The notes under the pieces were generated by a model that did not search any database, was not told where the DNA came from, and was given only the letters and a program-made list of their open reading frames with translations. The position numbers and the translations under genes were made by a program. From assembly GCA_963747125.1 (NCBI GenBank), contig CAVVEN010000007.1, positions 16,287 to 80,286 on the forward strand: a stretch of DNA of 64,000 bases, in the 5' to 3' direction. Below are positions 9,233 to 18,719 of the stretch, piece by piece (positions within the stretch are counted from its first letter, which is position 1; the number at the start of each line of letters is the position of its first letter). The DNA comes from an uncultured Actinomycetes bacterium. GTDB taxonomy: Bacteria; Actinomycetota; Thermoleophilia; Gaiellales; Gaiellaceae.

Positions 9233-10210
9233 TCAGCGCAGGAGGAAGCCTTCGCCGATCGGGTCGTCCGGGTCGAGCTCGAGCTCGGCCCGGCCCGTCC
9301 GGAAGGCGGAGCCCTCGACGTCGGTGATCACCGCGGGGATCCCGGCGACATCGCCGTCGCCGACGACGCGGCCGGTGAGCTCCGAGCCGACGATCGAGAG
9401 GTGCCGAAGCTCATCGCCGCGTGGGAGGCGGCGCTGCGCGTCGAGCAGCGCGAGGCGGGCCGACGTGCCCGAGCCGCACGGCGAGCGGTCGACCTCGCCG
9501 TCGGCGAACACCGTCACGTTGCGCTGCGTGAACGGCCGGTCGGCCTCGTGCTGCCAGAAGATGACGCCGTAGACGTCCCGGAGCTCCGGCTCAATGGGGT
9601 GGACGACGCCGTGCGCGGCCTCGATCTCGGCCTTCAGCTCACGCCCGAGCGCGATCAGGCGCGGCAGCTCGGCCGGCTCGACACGCTCCTCGAGCGTCGC
9701 GTAGAACGCGCCGCCGAAGGCGACGTCGACGACGCGGCCAGCGACCTCGACGCCCTCGGACCAGACGAACGCCGGCACGTTCCGGAACCGCACCGAACGC
9801 ACTCGCCCTCCCTCGACGGTCGCCCACGTCTCGAGGCGTCCGGACGGAACGTCGACGACGACGCGGTTCTCGCCGTCACGGCAGGCGACCACCCCTTCCT
9901 CGAGCGCCCACGTCACGAGCGCGATCGTCCCGTGCCCGCAGGCGGTCGAGTAGCCCTCGTTGTGGAAGAACACGACGCCGAGGTCGGCGCCCTCGTCGTT
10001 CGGCGGGACGACGTGGCAGCCGTACATGTCCGCGTGGCCGCGCGGCTCGTGGACGAGGAGGCGGCGAAAGCGGTCGAGCCGCTCGCGCGCGAACCGGCGC
10101 CGCTCGAGGATGGTGGCGCCCTCGAGCGCCGGAACGCCGCCGACCACGATGCGGAACGGCTCGCCACCCGTGTGGTAGTCGACGACCGAGACGACCGGCG
10201 GCCGGCGCAC
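9233..10210 (-). CDS. Proline racemase / hydroxyproline epimerase family protein
   Basis: DYHTGGEPFR, EPRGH, STACGHG, DRSPCGSGT (both catalytic Cys present). Confidence 0.9.
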   Translation of the reverse strand: MRRPPVVSVVDYHTGGEPFRIVVGGVPALEGATILERRRFARERLDRFRRLLVHEPRGHADMYGCHVVPPNDEGADLGVVFFHNEGYSTACGHGTIALVTWALEEGVVACRDGENRVVVDVPSGRLETWATVEGGRVRSVRFRNVPAFVWSEGVEVAGRVVDVAFGGAFYATLEERVEPAELPRLIALGRELKAEIEAAHGVVHPIEPELRDVYGVIFWQHEADRPFTQRNVTVFADGEVDRSPCGSGTSARLALLDAQRRLPRGDELRHLSIVGSELTGRVVGDGDVAGIPAVITDVEGSAFRTGRAELELDPDDPIGEGFLLR

Positions 10211-10215
10211 GGGGT

Positions 10216-10989
10216 TCAGCTTCCGGTGAACCGAGGGGCGCGCTTCTCGAGGAAGGCGGTGACGCCCTCGGCGAAGTCCGCCGTCCCGACCGACTCCTGC
10301 TGGAGCGCGGCCTCGAGCGCGAGCTGCTCCTCGAGGGAGGCGGTCGCCGCGTGGTCGAACAGCTGTTTCGTGCGACCGACCGCGAGCGTCGGTCGGCCAG
10401 CCCACTCGGCGGCGAGCTCCGCCACCCGCTCCGGGAAGGACGCGTCGGGGACGACCTCTGAGACGAGCCCCCAGTCGAGCGCCCCGGCGGCGCTCAGGCG
10501 CCGGTTCGAGCACATCCAGTCGAAGGCGCGGGCGAACCCGAGCAGGCGATGGACGAACCACGTCCCGCCCGCGTCGGGCACGAGGCCGATCCCGACAAAA
10601 CCGGGGACGAACGTCGCGGACTCGGCGGCCACGCGGAGGTCGCACGCGCAGGCGAACGACAGCCCTGCGCCGGCGGCCGGGCCGTTCACCGCGGCGATCA
10701 CCGGCTTGGCGAGCGTCCGGACGAGCCGGACGTTCGGGTGGTACGTCGTCTCCAGCGCGTCGCCGACCGTGCCCGACACGGCGCCGAACTCCTTCAGGTC
10801 CTGGCCGGCGCAGAAGCCCTTGCCGGCGCCGGTGATCACCACGCAGCGCACGGCCGGGTCGGCGGCCTCGGTGAGCGCGGCGTTGAGCGCCGTGTGCAGC
10901 TCCCGGTTGAAGGCGTTGTAGACCTCGGGCCGGTTGAAGGTGATCGTCAGGACGGCGCCGTCCCGACTCGTCAGCACCTCGTCGGCCAT
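10216..10989 (-). CDS. paaG: Crotonase, PaaG-like epoxyphenylacetyl-CoA isomerase
   Basis: GKGFCAGQDL, KPVIAAVNGPAAGAG, IGLVPDAGGTW (Asp-type catalytic motif); near paaABCD. Confidence 0.7.
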   Translation of the reverse strand: MADEVLTSRDGAVLTITFNRPEVYNAFNRELHTALNAALTEAADPAVRCVVITGAGKGFCAGQDLKEFGAVSGTVGDALETTYHPNVRLVRTLAKPVIAAVNGPAAGAGLSFACACDLRVAAESATFVPGFVGIGLVPDAGGTWFVHRLLGFARAFDWMCSNRRLSAAGALDWGLVSEVVPDASFPERVAELAAEWAGRPTLAVGRTKQLFDHAATASLEEQLALEAALQQESVGTADFAEGVTAFLEKRAPRFTGS

Positions 10990-11039
10990 GCGCGGAGCCT
11001 ATCGAGCGCAGGCTGCAAAGAAAGGATGGGTGCGCGGCT

Positions 11040-11873
11040 TCAGCCTCTCCCCTCTTCCTTTGCCCGCCTCGAGTCGAGGAACTCGCGGATCGCGCCCTGC
11101 GCCTCGTCGCCGAGCATCGAGAGGGAGAGCCAGTCCCGTGCGTGACCGACGGTCTGGTGCCAGGCCAAATCGCGCCAGACGTTGAGCTGCTGCTTGGCGT
11201 AGCGCGTCGTCTGCGGCAGCTTCCGGACGAGGCTCTCGACCCAGCCGTCGACGACGGCGTCGAGCTCCGCGGGCGGAACAGCACGGTTGACCAGACCCCA
11301 CTCGGCGGCCTGCACGGCCGGGATCTCGTCGCAGAGGAAGACGATCTCGCGCGCTCGGCGGTCGCCGACCATCAGCTGGAGCCACTGCGTCGCGCCACCG
11401 GCGGGCACCGATCCGTGCTCGAGCCCGACGTGGCGGATGAAGGCGTCGTCGACCATCACTGCGAGGTCGCACGCCATCTGCAGCTCGTTGCCACCGCCGA
11501 CGGCGATCCCGTTGACTCTCGCGATCGTCGGCTTGCCGAGCTCGCGCAACCGGTCGTGCATGTCCTTGAACGCGCCGAACCACTTCCAGTACTCCTGCGG
11601 CCTCCCGACGAGCGTGTCCTCCCACGACCGCAGGTCGGCGCCGACGCAGAACGCGCGGCCCTCGCCCGTGACGACGACGACGCGGATCTCGTCGTCCCAC
11701 GACGCGTCCTCGCACGCCCGCGCGATCTCCCGCAGCATGCGGAAGTCGAACGCATTCAGGACCTCCGGCCGGTTGAGCCGGATCGTCGCCCTCGGCGGAG
11801 CCTTCTCGTAGACGATCGCCTCGAAGCCGAGCTCCGCCGGGTCGACCGGGGTCGGATGCAGCGGCTCGGGCAC
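11040..11873 (-). CDS. Crotonase resembling Oah/BamA or MenB ring-opening hydrolases
   Basis: AFCVGADL, GRPQEY, KPTIARVNGIAVGGGNELQMACD, HGSVPAGGAT. Confidence 0.75.
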   Translation of the reverse strand: MPEPLHPTPVDPAELGFEAIVYEKAPPRATIRLNRPEVLNAFDFRMLREIARACEDASWDDEIRVVVVTGEGRAFCVGADLRSWEDTLVGRPQEYWKWFGAFKDMHDRLRELGKPTIARVNGIAVGGGNELQMACDLAVMVDDAFIRHVGLEHGSVPAGGATQWLQLMVGDRRAREIVFLCDEIPAVQAAEWGLVNRAVPPAELDAVVDGWVESLVRKLPQTTRYAKQQLNVWRDLAWHQTVGHARDWLSLSMLGDEAQGAIREFLDSRRAKEEGRG

Positions 11874-11937
11874 TAGACCAGCGCGGCGCGGGCATCGACC
11901 GGGGCTCGCATCTGCCCGAGCGTATAGCGTCGTGGTC

Positions 11938-12387
11938 GTGAGCGGCGGAACCGGAACGGCGGCGGCGCTCGCGCTCGCCGCGGGGCTGGCCGGCTCGGTG
12001 CAGGCCGCCGTGATGGGCCGCTTCGGCGAGCGGATCGGCACCCTCGAGGCGCTCGCCTGGGCGACGCTGCTGTCGGTGGTGATCGCGATGGCCGTGCTGC
12101 TCGTCGCACGCCGGGGGATCGGGGGGCTGTCGGATGCGTGGGCTGCGCCGAAATGGCTCTGGGCCGGGGCCGCGCTCGGCACGTTCATCGTGTTCACCAT
12201 CACGGTCGTGTCGCCCCGCATCGGGACGACGGCGACGATCGCGCTGCTCGTCGCGGGCCAGTTGGCGATGGGGACCGTGATCGACCGGTGGGGCCTCTTC
12301 GGCTTCGAGCAGATCGCGCTCACCTGGCCGCGCGCCCTCGGGATCGCGCTGCTCGCCGCGGGCGCCGCGCTCACACTCAAGCGGTGA
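11938..12387 (+). CDS. DMT transporter, YdcZ-like
   Basis: Five TM segments; PRIGTTAT..AGQL..IDRWGLFG. Confidence 0.82.
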   Translation: MSGGTGTAAALALAAGLAGSVQAAVMGRFGERIGTLEALAWATLLSVVIAMAVLLVARRGIGGLSDAWAAPKWLWAGAALGTFIVFTITVVSPRIGTTATIALLVAGQLAMGTVIDRWGLFGFEQIALTWPRALGIALLAAGAALTLKR

Positions 12388-13265
12388 CGCCGAAGGCGTG
12401 GGCGGCGCTCTCGGCCGTCTACGTGATCTGGGGCTCGACGTACCTCGGGATCCGCGTCGCCGGGGACACGATCCCGGCGTTCGCCGCCGTCTCGTCGCGC
12501 TTCATCCTGGCGGGCGCGCTGATGGCCGCCTGGGTGGCGTGGCGGCGCGGCGGGCGCTCGCTGAGAGTGACGCGGCGCGAGCTCGCGTGCGCGGCGCTCA
12601 TCGGGCTCCTCCTCCCCGGCGCCAATGGCCTCCTCTTCGTGGCGGAGCGCACGGTGCCGACCGGGGTCGCCTCGCTGATCATCGCCTCGGTGCCGCTCCT
12701 CGTCGTCCTCCTGCGGCTTGCGGGCGGCGAGCGGCCGCCGCGGCTCGCGATCGCGGGCGTGCTGGTCGGGTTCGCCGGCGTCGCGGTCCTGTTCCACCCG
12801 GAGGGCGGCGCAACCTGGTGGGGCATGGCGCTGACCGGCGTCTCCGCGGTCGCCTGGGCCACGGGGTCGTACCTCTCCTCGCGCATCCCGCTGCCGCGGG
12901 ACGCGTTCGTGGCGACGACCTTCGAGATGCTCGCAGGCGGGCTGATCCTCCTCCCGCTCGGCATCGCCCAGCGCCCCGATCTCGGGGCGATCTCCGGGAC
13001 GTCGCTCCTCGCGTTCGCCTACCTCGTGCTCGTCGGCTCGCTCGTCGGGTTCACCGCGTACGTCTGGCTCCTCCACCATGCGCCCCTGGGGACGGTCGCG
13101 ACCTACGCGTACGTCAACCCGGTCGTCGCGATCACGCTCGGCGTCCTCTTCCTCGGCGAGCAGGTCACGTGGCGGATCGCGCTCGGTGCGGCGATCGTCC
13201 TCGCGTCCGTCGCGGTCGTGCTCCGGCGCGAGTCGGACGCGGCGGTCGAGCCGTTCTCCGAGTGA
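12384..13265 (+). CDS. EamA/YedA-family transporter
   Basis: VYVIWGSTYLGIR, TYAYVNPVVAITLG. Confidence 0.9.
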   Translation: MTPKAWAALSAVYVIWGSTYLGIRVAGDTIPAFAAVSSRFILAGALMAAWVAWRRGGRSLRVTRRELACAALIGLLLPGANGLLFVAERTVPTGVASLIIASVPLLVVLLRLAGGERPPRLAIAGVLVGFAGVAVLFHPEGGATWWGMALTGVSAVAWATGSYLSSRIPLPRDAFVATTFEMLAGGLILLPLGIAQRPDLGAISGTSLLAFAYLVLVGSLVGFTAYVWLLHHAPLGTVATYAYVNPVVAITLGVLFLGEQVTWRIALGAAIVLASVAVVLRRESDAAVEPFSE

Positions 13266-13280
13266 GGCGCGCGTCGGTCG

Positions 13281-14102
13281 CTACGCGACCCAGTCGACGG
13301 CGACCGGGGCAGGGAAGGCGCCGATCGCCTCGCCGCGCCGCAGGAGCTCGGCAACCGCCGAGCGACCCTCGTCGCCGTAGTCCTTCGTCAGGTCGTTCAC
13401 GTACATCGAGACGAACCGGTCGGCCACCGCGGAGTCGATCCCGCGGCCGAACTGCAGGGCGTACTCGAGCGCCTCCTCGCGATGGTCGAGCCCGCACTCG
13501 ATCGCGTCGTGAAGCACCTCGGAGAGCTCCGCGTGGCGTTCGACGTCGCGTCGGACCACGTTCACGCCGAGCGGCAGCGGGAGCCCCGTCTCGAGCAGCC
13601 ACCACTCGCCGAGGTCGAGCACCTTCACGAGCCCGTGCTCCGAGAAGGTCAGCTGCCCCTCGTGGATCAGGAGGCCGACGTCGGCGCGGCCGCTCGCGAC
13701 CTCGTCGGGGATCTGCTCGAAGGGCAGCTCGCGGTAGACGCACTCGCCGAGCGCGAGCCGCAGCGTGAGGAAGGCGGTCGTCATGGCGCCGGGGACGACG
13801 ATCTCGCGTCCGCCCAGCGCCTCGGCGTCGAGCGGCTCGCGCGCGACGAGAACCGGGCCGTAGCCGGAGCCGATCGAGGCCCCGTGCGGGAGCAGCGCGT
13901 AGTCGTCCTGGACGAACGGGTATGCCGCGAGCGAGATCGCGGTCACCTCGAGCCGGGCGGCGCGCGCCCACTGGTTCAGGGTCTGGATGTCCGCGAGCAC
14001 CTGCTCGAAGCGAAAGCCGCGCAGGTCGACGAGATCCGTCGTCAGCGCCCAGTACATGAACGCGTCGTCGGGGTCGGGGCTATGGCCGACACGGACGTTC
14101 AC
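13281..14102 (-). CDS. mqnD: 1,4-dihydroxy-6-naphthoate synthase (MqnD family, futalosine menaquinone pathway)
   Basis: [41 protein letters not shown]. Confidence 0.85.
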   Translation of the reverse strand: MNVRVGHSPDPDDAFMYWALTTDLVDLRGFRFEQVLADIQTLNQWARAARLEVTAISLAAYPFVQDDYALLPHGASIGSGYGPVLVAREPLDAEALGGREIVVPGAMTTAFLTLRLALGECVYRELPFEQIPDEVASGRADVGLLIHEGQLTFSEHGLVKVLDLGEWWLLETGLPLPLGVNVVRRDVERHAELSEVLHDAIECGLDHREEALEYALQFGRGIDSAVADRFVSMYVNDLTKDYGDEGRSAVAELLRRGEAIGAFPAPVAVDWVA

Positions 14103-14165
14103 GAAGCGGCGACGCTACCAGCGGCCGACCGGCCCTGGCGTAGGAACCCTCCGTACACTCGCGGG

Positions 14166-14609
14166 ATGCCGCCCGTGACGCTCTTGAGCGACGCGATCCA
14201 GCACTATCTGCGCGCGGTGTACAAGCTCGGCGCCGCCGGCGACCGCGTCTCGACGACCGCGCTCGCACGGGAGATGGGCGTGTCGCCCGCCTCGGCGAGC
14301 GCGATGGTGAAGAAGCTCGCCGCGCTCGGGCTCGCCTCGCACGCGCCGTACCGCGGTGTCTCGCTGACGTCGGCGGGCGAGCAGGTTGCGCTCGAGGTGA
14401 TCCGCCACCACCGCCTGCTCGAGCTGTACCTCGCGGAGACGCTCGGGATCGACGTCGACGAGGTGCACGACGAGGCCGACCGGCTCGAGCACGCCCTCTC
14501 GGAGGAGCTCGAGGCGCGGATCGACGAGGCGCTCGGGTTCCCGACCCACGACCCGCACGGCGACCCGATCCCGGACGCGAACCTCGAATGGCCGACCGAG
14601 CCCGGCTGA
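14166..14609 (+). CDS. DtxR/MntR metal-dependent regulator (no FeoA domain)
   Basis: [36 protein letters not shown]. Confidence 0.9.
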   Translation: MPPVTLLSDAIQHYLRAVYKLGAAGDRVSTTALAREMGVSPASASAMVKKLAALGLASHAPYRGVSLTSAGEQVALEVIRHHRLLELYLAETLGIDVDEVHDEADRLEHALSEELEARIDEALGFPTHDPHGDPIPDANLEWPTEPG

Positions 14610-14634
14610 CGCGATCCGGATACGATCCAAGTCG

Positions 14635-14883
14635 ATGGCCGTCAAGGATCTCTTCTCGTTCCTCTTCCAGCGCTCGGCCGGCGAGGAGCGCGTCGCGCAG
14701 TACGTGATCCGCGAGCACGACCGCGGACGGACGCTGGCGGAGATCCTCGAGGACCGCTACGTCGTCAACCGTCTCCAGAGCCCGGAGCAGCGCGCCCGCC
14801 TGCTCGACCGCCCCGAGATCATCCAGGCGGTCGGCGGCGACATGGCCGAGGCCGCCAAAGCCTCGGTCGCGAACCCCTCGTAG
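14635..14883 (+). CDS. Hypothetical protein
   Basis: Plausible codon usage; TACGAT 8 nt upstream. Confidence 0.7.
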   Translation: MAVKDLFSFLFQRSAGEERVAQYVIREHDRGRTLAEILEDRYVVNRLQSPEQRARLLDRPEIIQAVGGDMAEAAKASVANPS

Positions 14884-14956
14884 CGCCGCCAGCAGCGCGC
14901 ACACTGCGCCTCGCCGGCGGTGCCCGTGACAACGCCGGACGATAACGTCCCCCGGC

Positions 14957-16291
14957 ATGCGGACGCTCTACGCGAACGGCTGGATCGTCGTGATGGACGA
15001 CGCCGGCACGGAGCATCCGAGCGGCTGGGTGCTCGTCGAGGACGCGACCATCGTGGCCGCGGGCGCCGGCGAGGAGCCGTCCCACGAAACCCGTATCGAC
15101 GTCGGCGGCGCGGTCGTGACGGCGGGGCTCGTCAACACCCATCACCACCTCTACCAGACCCTGACCCGGGCGCGGGCGCAGCAGGCGGACCTGTTCACCT
15201 GGCTCCGCGAGCTCTATCCCCTGTGGGCGCGGATCGACGCCGAGGCCGAGTACGCCGCTGCGCGCACCGGCATCGCGGAGCTCGCGCTCTCGGGCTGCTC
15301 CACGGTGTTCGACCACCACTACGTCTTCCCGCGCGGGCGCGAGGGGATCATCGAGGCCGAGGTGCAGGCGGCGCGCGAGCTCGGTGTCCGGCTCGTCGCC
15401 TCCCGCGGCTCGATGGACCTCGGCACCTCCGACGGCGGTCTCCCGCCCGACGAGCTGGTCGAGGAGATCGACGGCGTGCTCGCCGAGACCGAGCGCCTCC
15501 ACGGCACGCTGCACGAGGACGGCCCCGGCGCGCGGGTGCAGATCGCGGTCGCGCCCTGCTCGCCCTTCTCCGTCACCGGCCGGCTGATGGAGGAGTCGGC
15601 CGCGCTGGCGCGGCGCCTCGGGCTTCTCCTCCACACGCATCTCGCCGAGACGCGCGAGGAGGAGGCCTACTGCCGCGAGCTCTACGGCTGCTCTCCGGTC
15701 GAGTACCTCGATCGGCTCGGCTGGCTCGACCGCGACGTGTGGTGCGCGCACTGCGTCCATCTCTCCGACGCGGAGGTCGCGCGGTTCGGCGCGACCGGCA
15801 CCGGGGTGGCGCACTGCCCTACCTCGAACCTCCGCCTCGGCGCCGGCGTCGCCCCCGTGCGCGCGCTTCGCGACGCCGGCGTCCCGGTCGGGCTGGGCGT
15901 CGACGGCTCCGCGTCGAGCGAGCGCGGCGACCTGTTCGGAGAGGTCAAGCAGGCGCTCCTCGTCGCGCGCGGCCGAGGCGGCGGCGAGGCGATGACCGCG
16001 CGCGAGGCCCTCCGGCTTGCGACGCGCGGCGGCGCCGAGGTGCTCCAGCGCGACGACATCGGCTCCCTCGAGCCGGGGAAGCAGGCCGACCTCGCGATCT
16101 GGCGGACGGACGGCCTCGAGCTCGGCGGGGCGGACGACCTCGTCGCAGGGCTCGTCCTCTCCGGACCGCACCGTGCCGACCGGCTCGTCGTGGGCGGCGA
16201 GGACGTCGTCCGCGGAGGAGTGCTCGTCCGCGCCGACGAGAGCGAGATCGCGCGCGACCATCGGGCCCAGGCGCGAAGATTCGCCGCATGA
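14957..16291 (+). CDS. 8-oxoguanine deaminase (amidohydrolase)
   Basis: NTHHHLYQTLTRA, APCSPFSVT, HLAE, HCPTSN, GVDGSAS. Confidence 0.9.
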   Translation: MRTLYANGWIVVMDDAGTEHPSGWVLVEDATIVAAGAGEEPSHETRIDVGGAVVTAGLVNTHHHLYQTLTRARAQQADLFTWLRELYPLWARIDAEAEYAAARTGIAELALSGCSTVFDHHYVFPRGREGIIEAEVQAARELGVRLVASRGSMDLGTSDGGLPPDELVEEIDGVLAETERLHGTLHEDGPGARVQIAVAPCSPFSVTGRLMEESAALARRLGLLLHTHLAETREEEAYCRELYGCSPVEYLDRLGWLDRDVWCAHCVHLSDAEVARFGATGTGVAHCPTSNLRLGAGVAPVRALRDAGVPVGLGVDGSASSERGDLFGEVKQALLVARGRGGGEAMTAREALRLATRGGAEVLQRDDIGSLEPGKQADLAIWRTDGLELGGADDLVAGLVLSGPHRADRLVVGGEDVVRGGVLVRADESEIARDHRAQARRFAA

Positions 16292-16578
16292 GCTGCTCGA
16301 TCTCCACCCATGTGCTCGACACCGCCGTGGGGCGCCCCGCGTCAGGCGTCGCCGTGGAGCTGCTCCGCGGCGAAACCGCCGTCGCCTCTGCCGAGACCGA
16401 CGCCGACGGGCGGGCACGCCTCGCCGATGACCTTCCCCCCGGCACGTACGCGCTCGTCTTTCATCCGCCGTCGCCGTTCTTCACGCGGGTCGCGCTGCAG
16501 GTCGAGCTCGAGGACGGCCACTACCACGTCCCGCTCCTCGTCTCCCCCTTCGGATGCGCGAGCTACCGCGGCAGCTGA
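16288..16578 (+). CDS. uraH: 5-hydroxyisourate hydrolase
   Basis: ISTHVLDT, HYHVPLLVSPFG, C-terminal YRGS. Confidence 0.92.
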   Translation: MSCSISTHVLDTAVGRPASGVAVELLRGETAVASAETDADGRARLADDLPPGTYALVFHPPSPFFTRVALQVELEDGHYHVPLLVSPFGCASYRGS

Positions 16579-16994
16579 GCGCGGACGCGCTCGCGGAGCT
16601 CTTCGAGGGTCGCACACGCTTCGTCGAGCGGCTTGCGGTGGAACCCGATCCGCTCGTCCGCGCCCGCACCCTCGTCCACGAGCTGCCGGACGACGAGAAG
16701 CGCGAGATCCTCGACGCGCATCCCGTGATCGGCCAGCGCGCGGGCCTCTCTGCACGCTCCGCAGCCGAGCAGGGAGACGACGCCGACCCCTCCGTCCTCG
16801 CGGAGCTCGAGCGGCTCAACGCGGCCTACGAGCAGCGGCACGGATTCCGCTTCGTCGTCTTCGTGAACCGGCGCCCGAAGGCCGACATCCTCGAGGTGCT
16901 GCGGGGCCGGATCGACAACCCGACCGACGCCGAGCTCGAGACGGCGCTCGATGAGCTCGTCGCGATCGCCGAGGACCGCTGGGCGCGCGGTTGA
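16554..16994 (+). CDS. uraD: OHCU decarboxylase
   Basis: AHP, SAAEQ, LNAAYEQRHGFRFVVFV, IAEDR. Confidence 0.88.
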   Translation: MRELPRQLSADALAELFEGRTRFVERLAVEPDPLVRARTLVHELPDDEKREILDAHPVIGQRAGLSARSAAEQGDDADPSVLAELERLNAAYEQRHGFRFVVFVNRRPKADILEVLRGRIDNPTDAELETALDELVAIAEDRWARG

Positions 16995-17034
16995 TGTTCG
17001 TGGTCGCGCCTTCCGTGCGTGGCGCGTCGCGACC

Positions 17035-17129
17035 GGAGCCGGGCTTTGCCCGGCGGGAGGTCAGGTACCCGCAACCCATGCGCAAAGCAGGAGGAGGGGG
17101 CACATGGGGGAACCAGGGGTTCCCCCATG
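17035..17129 (+). repeat. Dispersed ~95-bp two-hairpin repeat, copy 1 (supplies the puuD ATG)
   Basis: GCCGGGCTTTGCCCGGC-GGGAGG...AGGAGGGGG..CATGGGGGAACC-AGG-GGTTCCCCCATG. Confidence 0.8.
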
Positions 17130-18284
17130 CTTGACTGGCTCGACCTCGGCCTGCGCTGGCTGCATGTGATCGCCGCCATGGCGTGGATCGGCACCTCGTT
17201 CTACTTCGTTCTGCTCGACCAGTCGCTCCGTGCGCCCAAGGACACGGCGGACGCGGACGCAGGCGTCGGCGGCGAGCTCTGGGAGGTGCACGGCGGCGGC
17301 TTCTACCACGTGCAGAAGTACGTGGTGGCGCCCCGCATGCTCCCGGAGCACCTCGCGTGGTTCAAGTGGGAGGCGTATGCGACCTGGCTCTCGGGCTTCG
17401 GGCTGATGCTCGTCCTCTACTACCTCGAGGCGTCCAGCGCGCTCGTCAAGCCGGGCGACGACCTCGAGCCGTGGCTCGCGGTCGCGATCTCGATCGGGCT
17501 CCTCGCGGCGGCGTGGATCGTCTACGACGTGCTCAACCGCGTCGTCACCGACCCGCGCGTGCTGTGGCCCGCGCTCCTCGTCCTGGTGGCGCTGGCGGCC
17601 TGGGGATCGGCCGAGCTCTTCGCCCCGCGGGCCGCGTGGCTTCAGCTCGGCGGGATGATCGGGACGGTGATGGCCGCGAACGTCTTCTTCGTGATCATCC
17701 CGGCTCACTGGGAGCTGATCCACGCGAAGGAAGCTGGCCGCGAGCCCGACCCCGCGCCCGCGATCCAGGCGAAGCAGCGCTCGATCCACAACAACTACCT
17801 CACGTTGCCCGTCTTGCTGACGATGCTGGCGGGGCACTTCCCGTTCGCCTACGGCGCCGACCACGCCTGGCTCGTGCTCGTGGCGCTGATGGCGATCGGC
17901 GCGTGGGCGCGACTGTTCTTCAACCTGCGGCACACCGGGCGGACGCACTGGTGGATGGCGGTCGCCGGCCTCGCCGCGTTCGTCGCCGTCGCCGTCTGGG
18001 TCGAGCGCGTGGACGAGCCGGCGGCGGCACCGTCGACTCCCGCGCACGTCACGCTCGGCAGGCAAGTCTTCGCCTCGGCCGGCTGCGCGGCGTGCCACAC
18101 CCTGGCGGACGCGGGGGCGACCGGCACCGTCGGGCCTGACCTCGACGCGGCGAAGCCCTCGGCCGCGCTCGTCGCGGACCGGGTCACGAACGGGCTCGGG
18201 GTGATGCCGTCGTTCGCCGGGAAGCTGTCGACGGGGCAGATCGACGCGGTCGCGGCGTACGTGTCGAGCACCGCCGGAAAGTAG
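17127..18284 (+). CDS. puuD: Urate hydroxylase PuuD (membrane domain plus cytochrome c)
   Basis: RWLHVIAAMAWIG, LWEVHGGGFY, WFKWEAY, KQRSIHNNYLTLPV, C-terminal CAACH. Confidence 0.9.
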   Translation: MLDWLDLGLRWLHVIAAMAWIGTSFYFVLLDQSLRAPKDTADADAGVGGELWEVHGGGFYHVQKYVVAPRMLPEHLAWFKWEAYATWLSGFGLMLVLYYLEASSALVKPGDDLEPWLAVAISIGLLAAAWIVYDVLNRVVTDPRVLWPALLVLVALAAWGSAELFAPRAAWLQLGGMIGTVMAANVFFVIIPAHWELIHAKEAGREPDPAPAIQAKQRSIHNNYLTLPVLLTMLAGHFPFAYGADHAWLVLVALMAIGAWARLFFNLRHTGRTHWWMAVAGLAAFVAVAVWVERVDEPAAAPSTPAHVTLGRQVFASAGCAACHTLADAGATGTVGPDLDAAKPSAALVADRVTNGLGVMPSFAGKLSTGQIDAVAAYVSSTAGK

Positions 18285-18293
18285 GATCGCCCG

Positions 18294-18701
18294 ATGCTCC
18301 GGATCAGCGCGGGAGGCTTCGAGTTCGCGGCGCGCCTCGAGGAAGCCGATGCGCCCGCGACCGTCGCCGCCTTCCGCCGGCTCCTCCCGCTCGAGTCGCG
18401 CATCATCCACGTCCGCTGGTCGGGCGAGGCGGGGTGGATCCCCTTCGGCGATCTCGACCTCGGCCTCGGCCCCGAGAACGCGACGTGCTACCCGCATCCG
18501 GGCGAGATCGTCCTCTACCCGGGCGGTGTCTCGGAGACCGAGATCCTGCTCGCCTACGGGTACGTCAGCTTCGCCTCGAAGGCGGGCCAACTCGCCGGGA
18601 ACCACTTCGCGACGATCGTCGAGGGCAACGAGCGCCTGCGCGACCTGGGGAAGAAGTTCCTCTGGGACGGCGCGCAGGAGATCGTCTTCCGCGAGACCTG
18701 A
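18294..18701 (+). CDS. DUF3830 cyclophilin-like protein
   Basis: HVRWSGEA, ENATCYP.PG, SETEILLAYG, GQLAGNHF. Confidence 0.8.
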   Translation: MLRISAGGFEFAARLEEADAPATVAAFRRLLPLESRIIHVRWSGEAGWIPFGDLDLGLGPENATCYPHPGEIVLYPGGVSETEILLAYGYVSFASKAGQLAGNHFATIVEGNERLRDLGKKFLWDGAQEIVFRET

Positions 18702-18719
18702 CCCGCGGTTGACGGCCGG

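Noticed and set aside
17019-17126. N-terminal extensions of PuuD, the histidine kinase and RmlB in the ORF track
   Set aside because: They translate the dispersed repeat or the tRNA; downstream starts fit homology or -10 spacing better.
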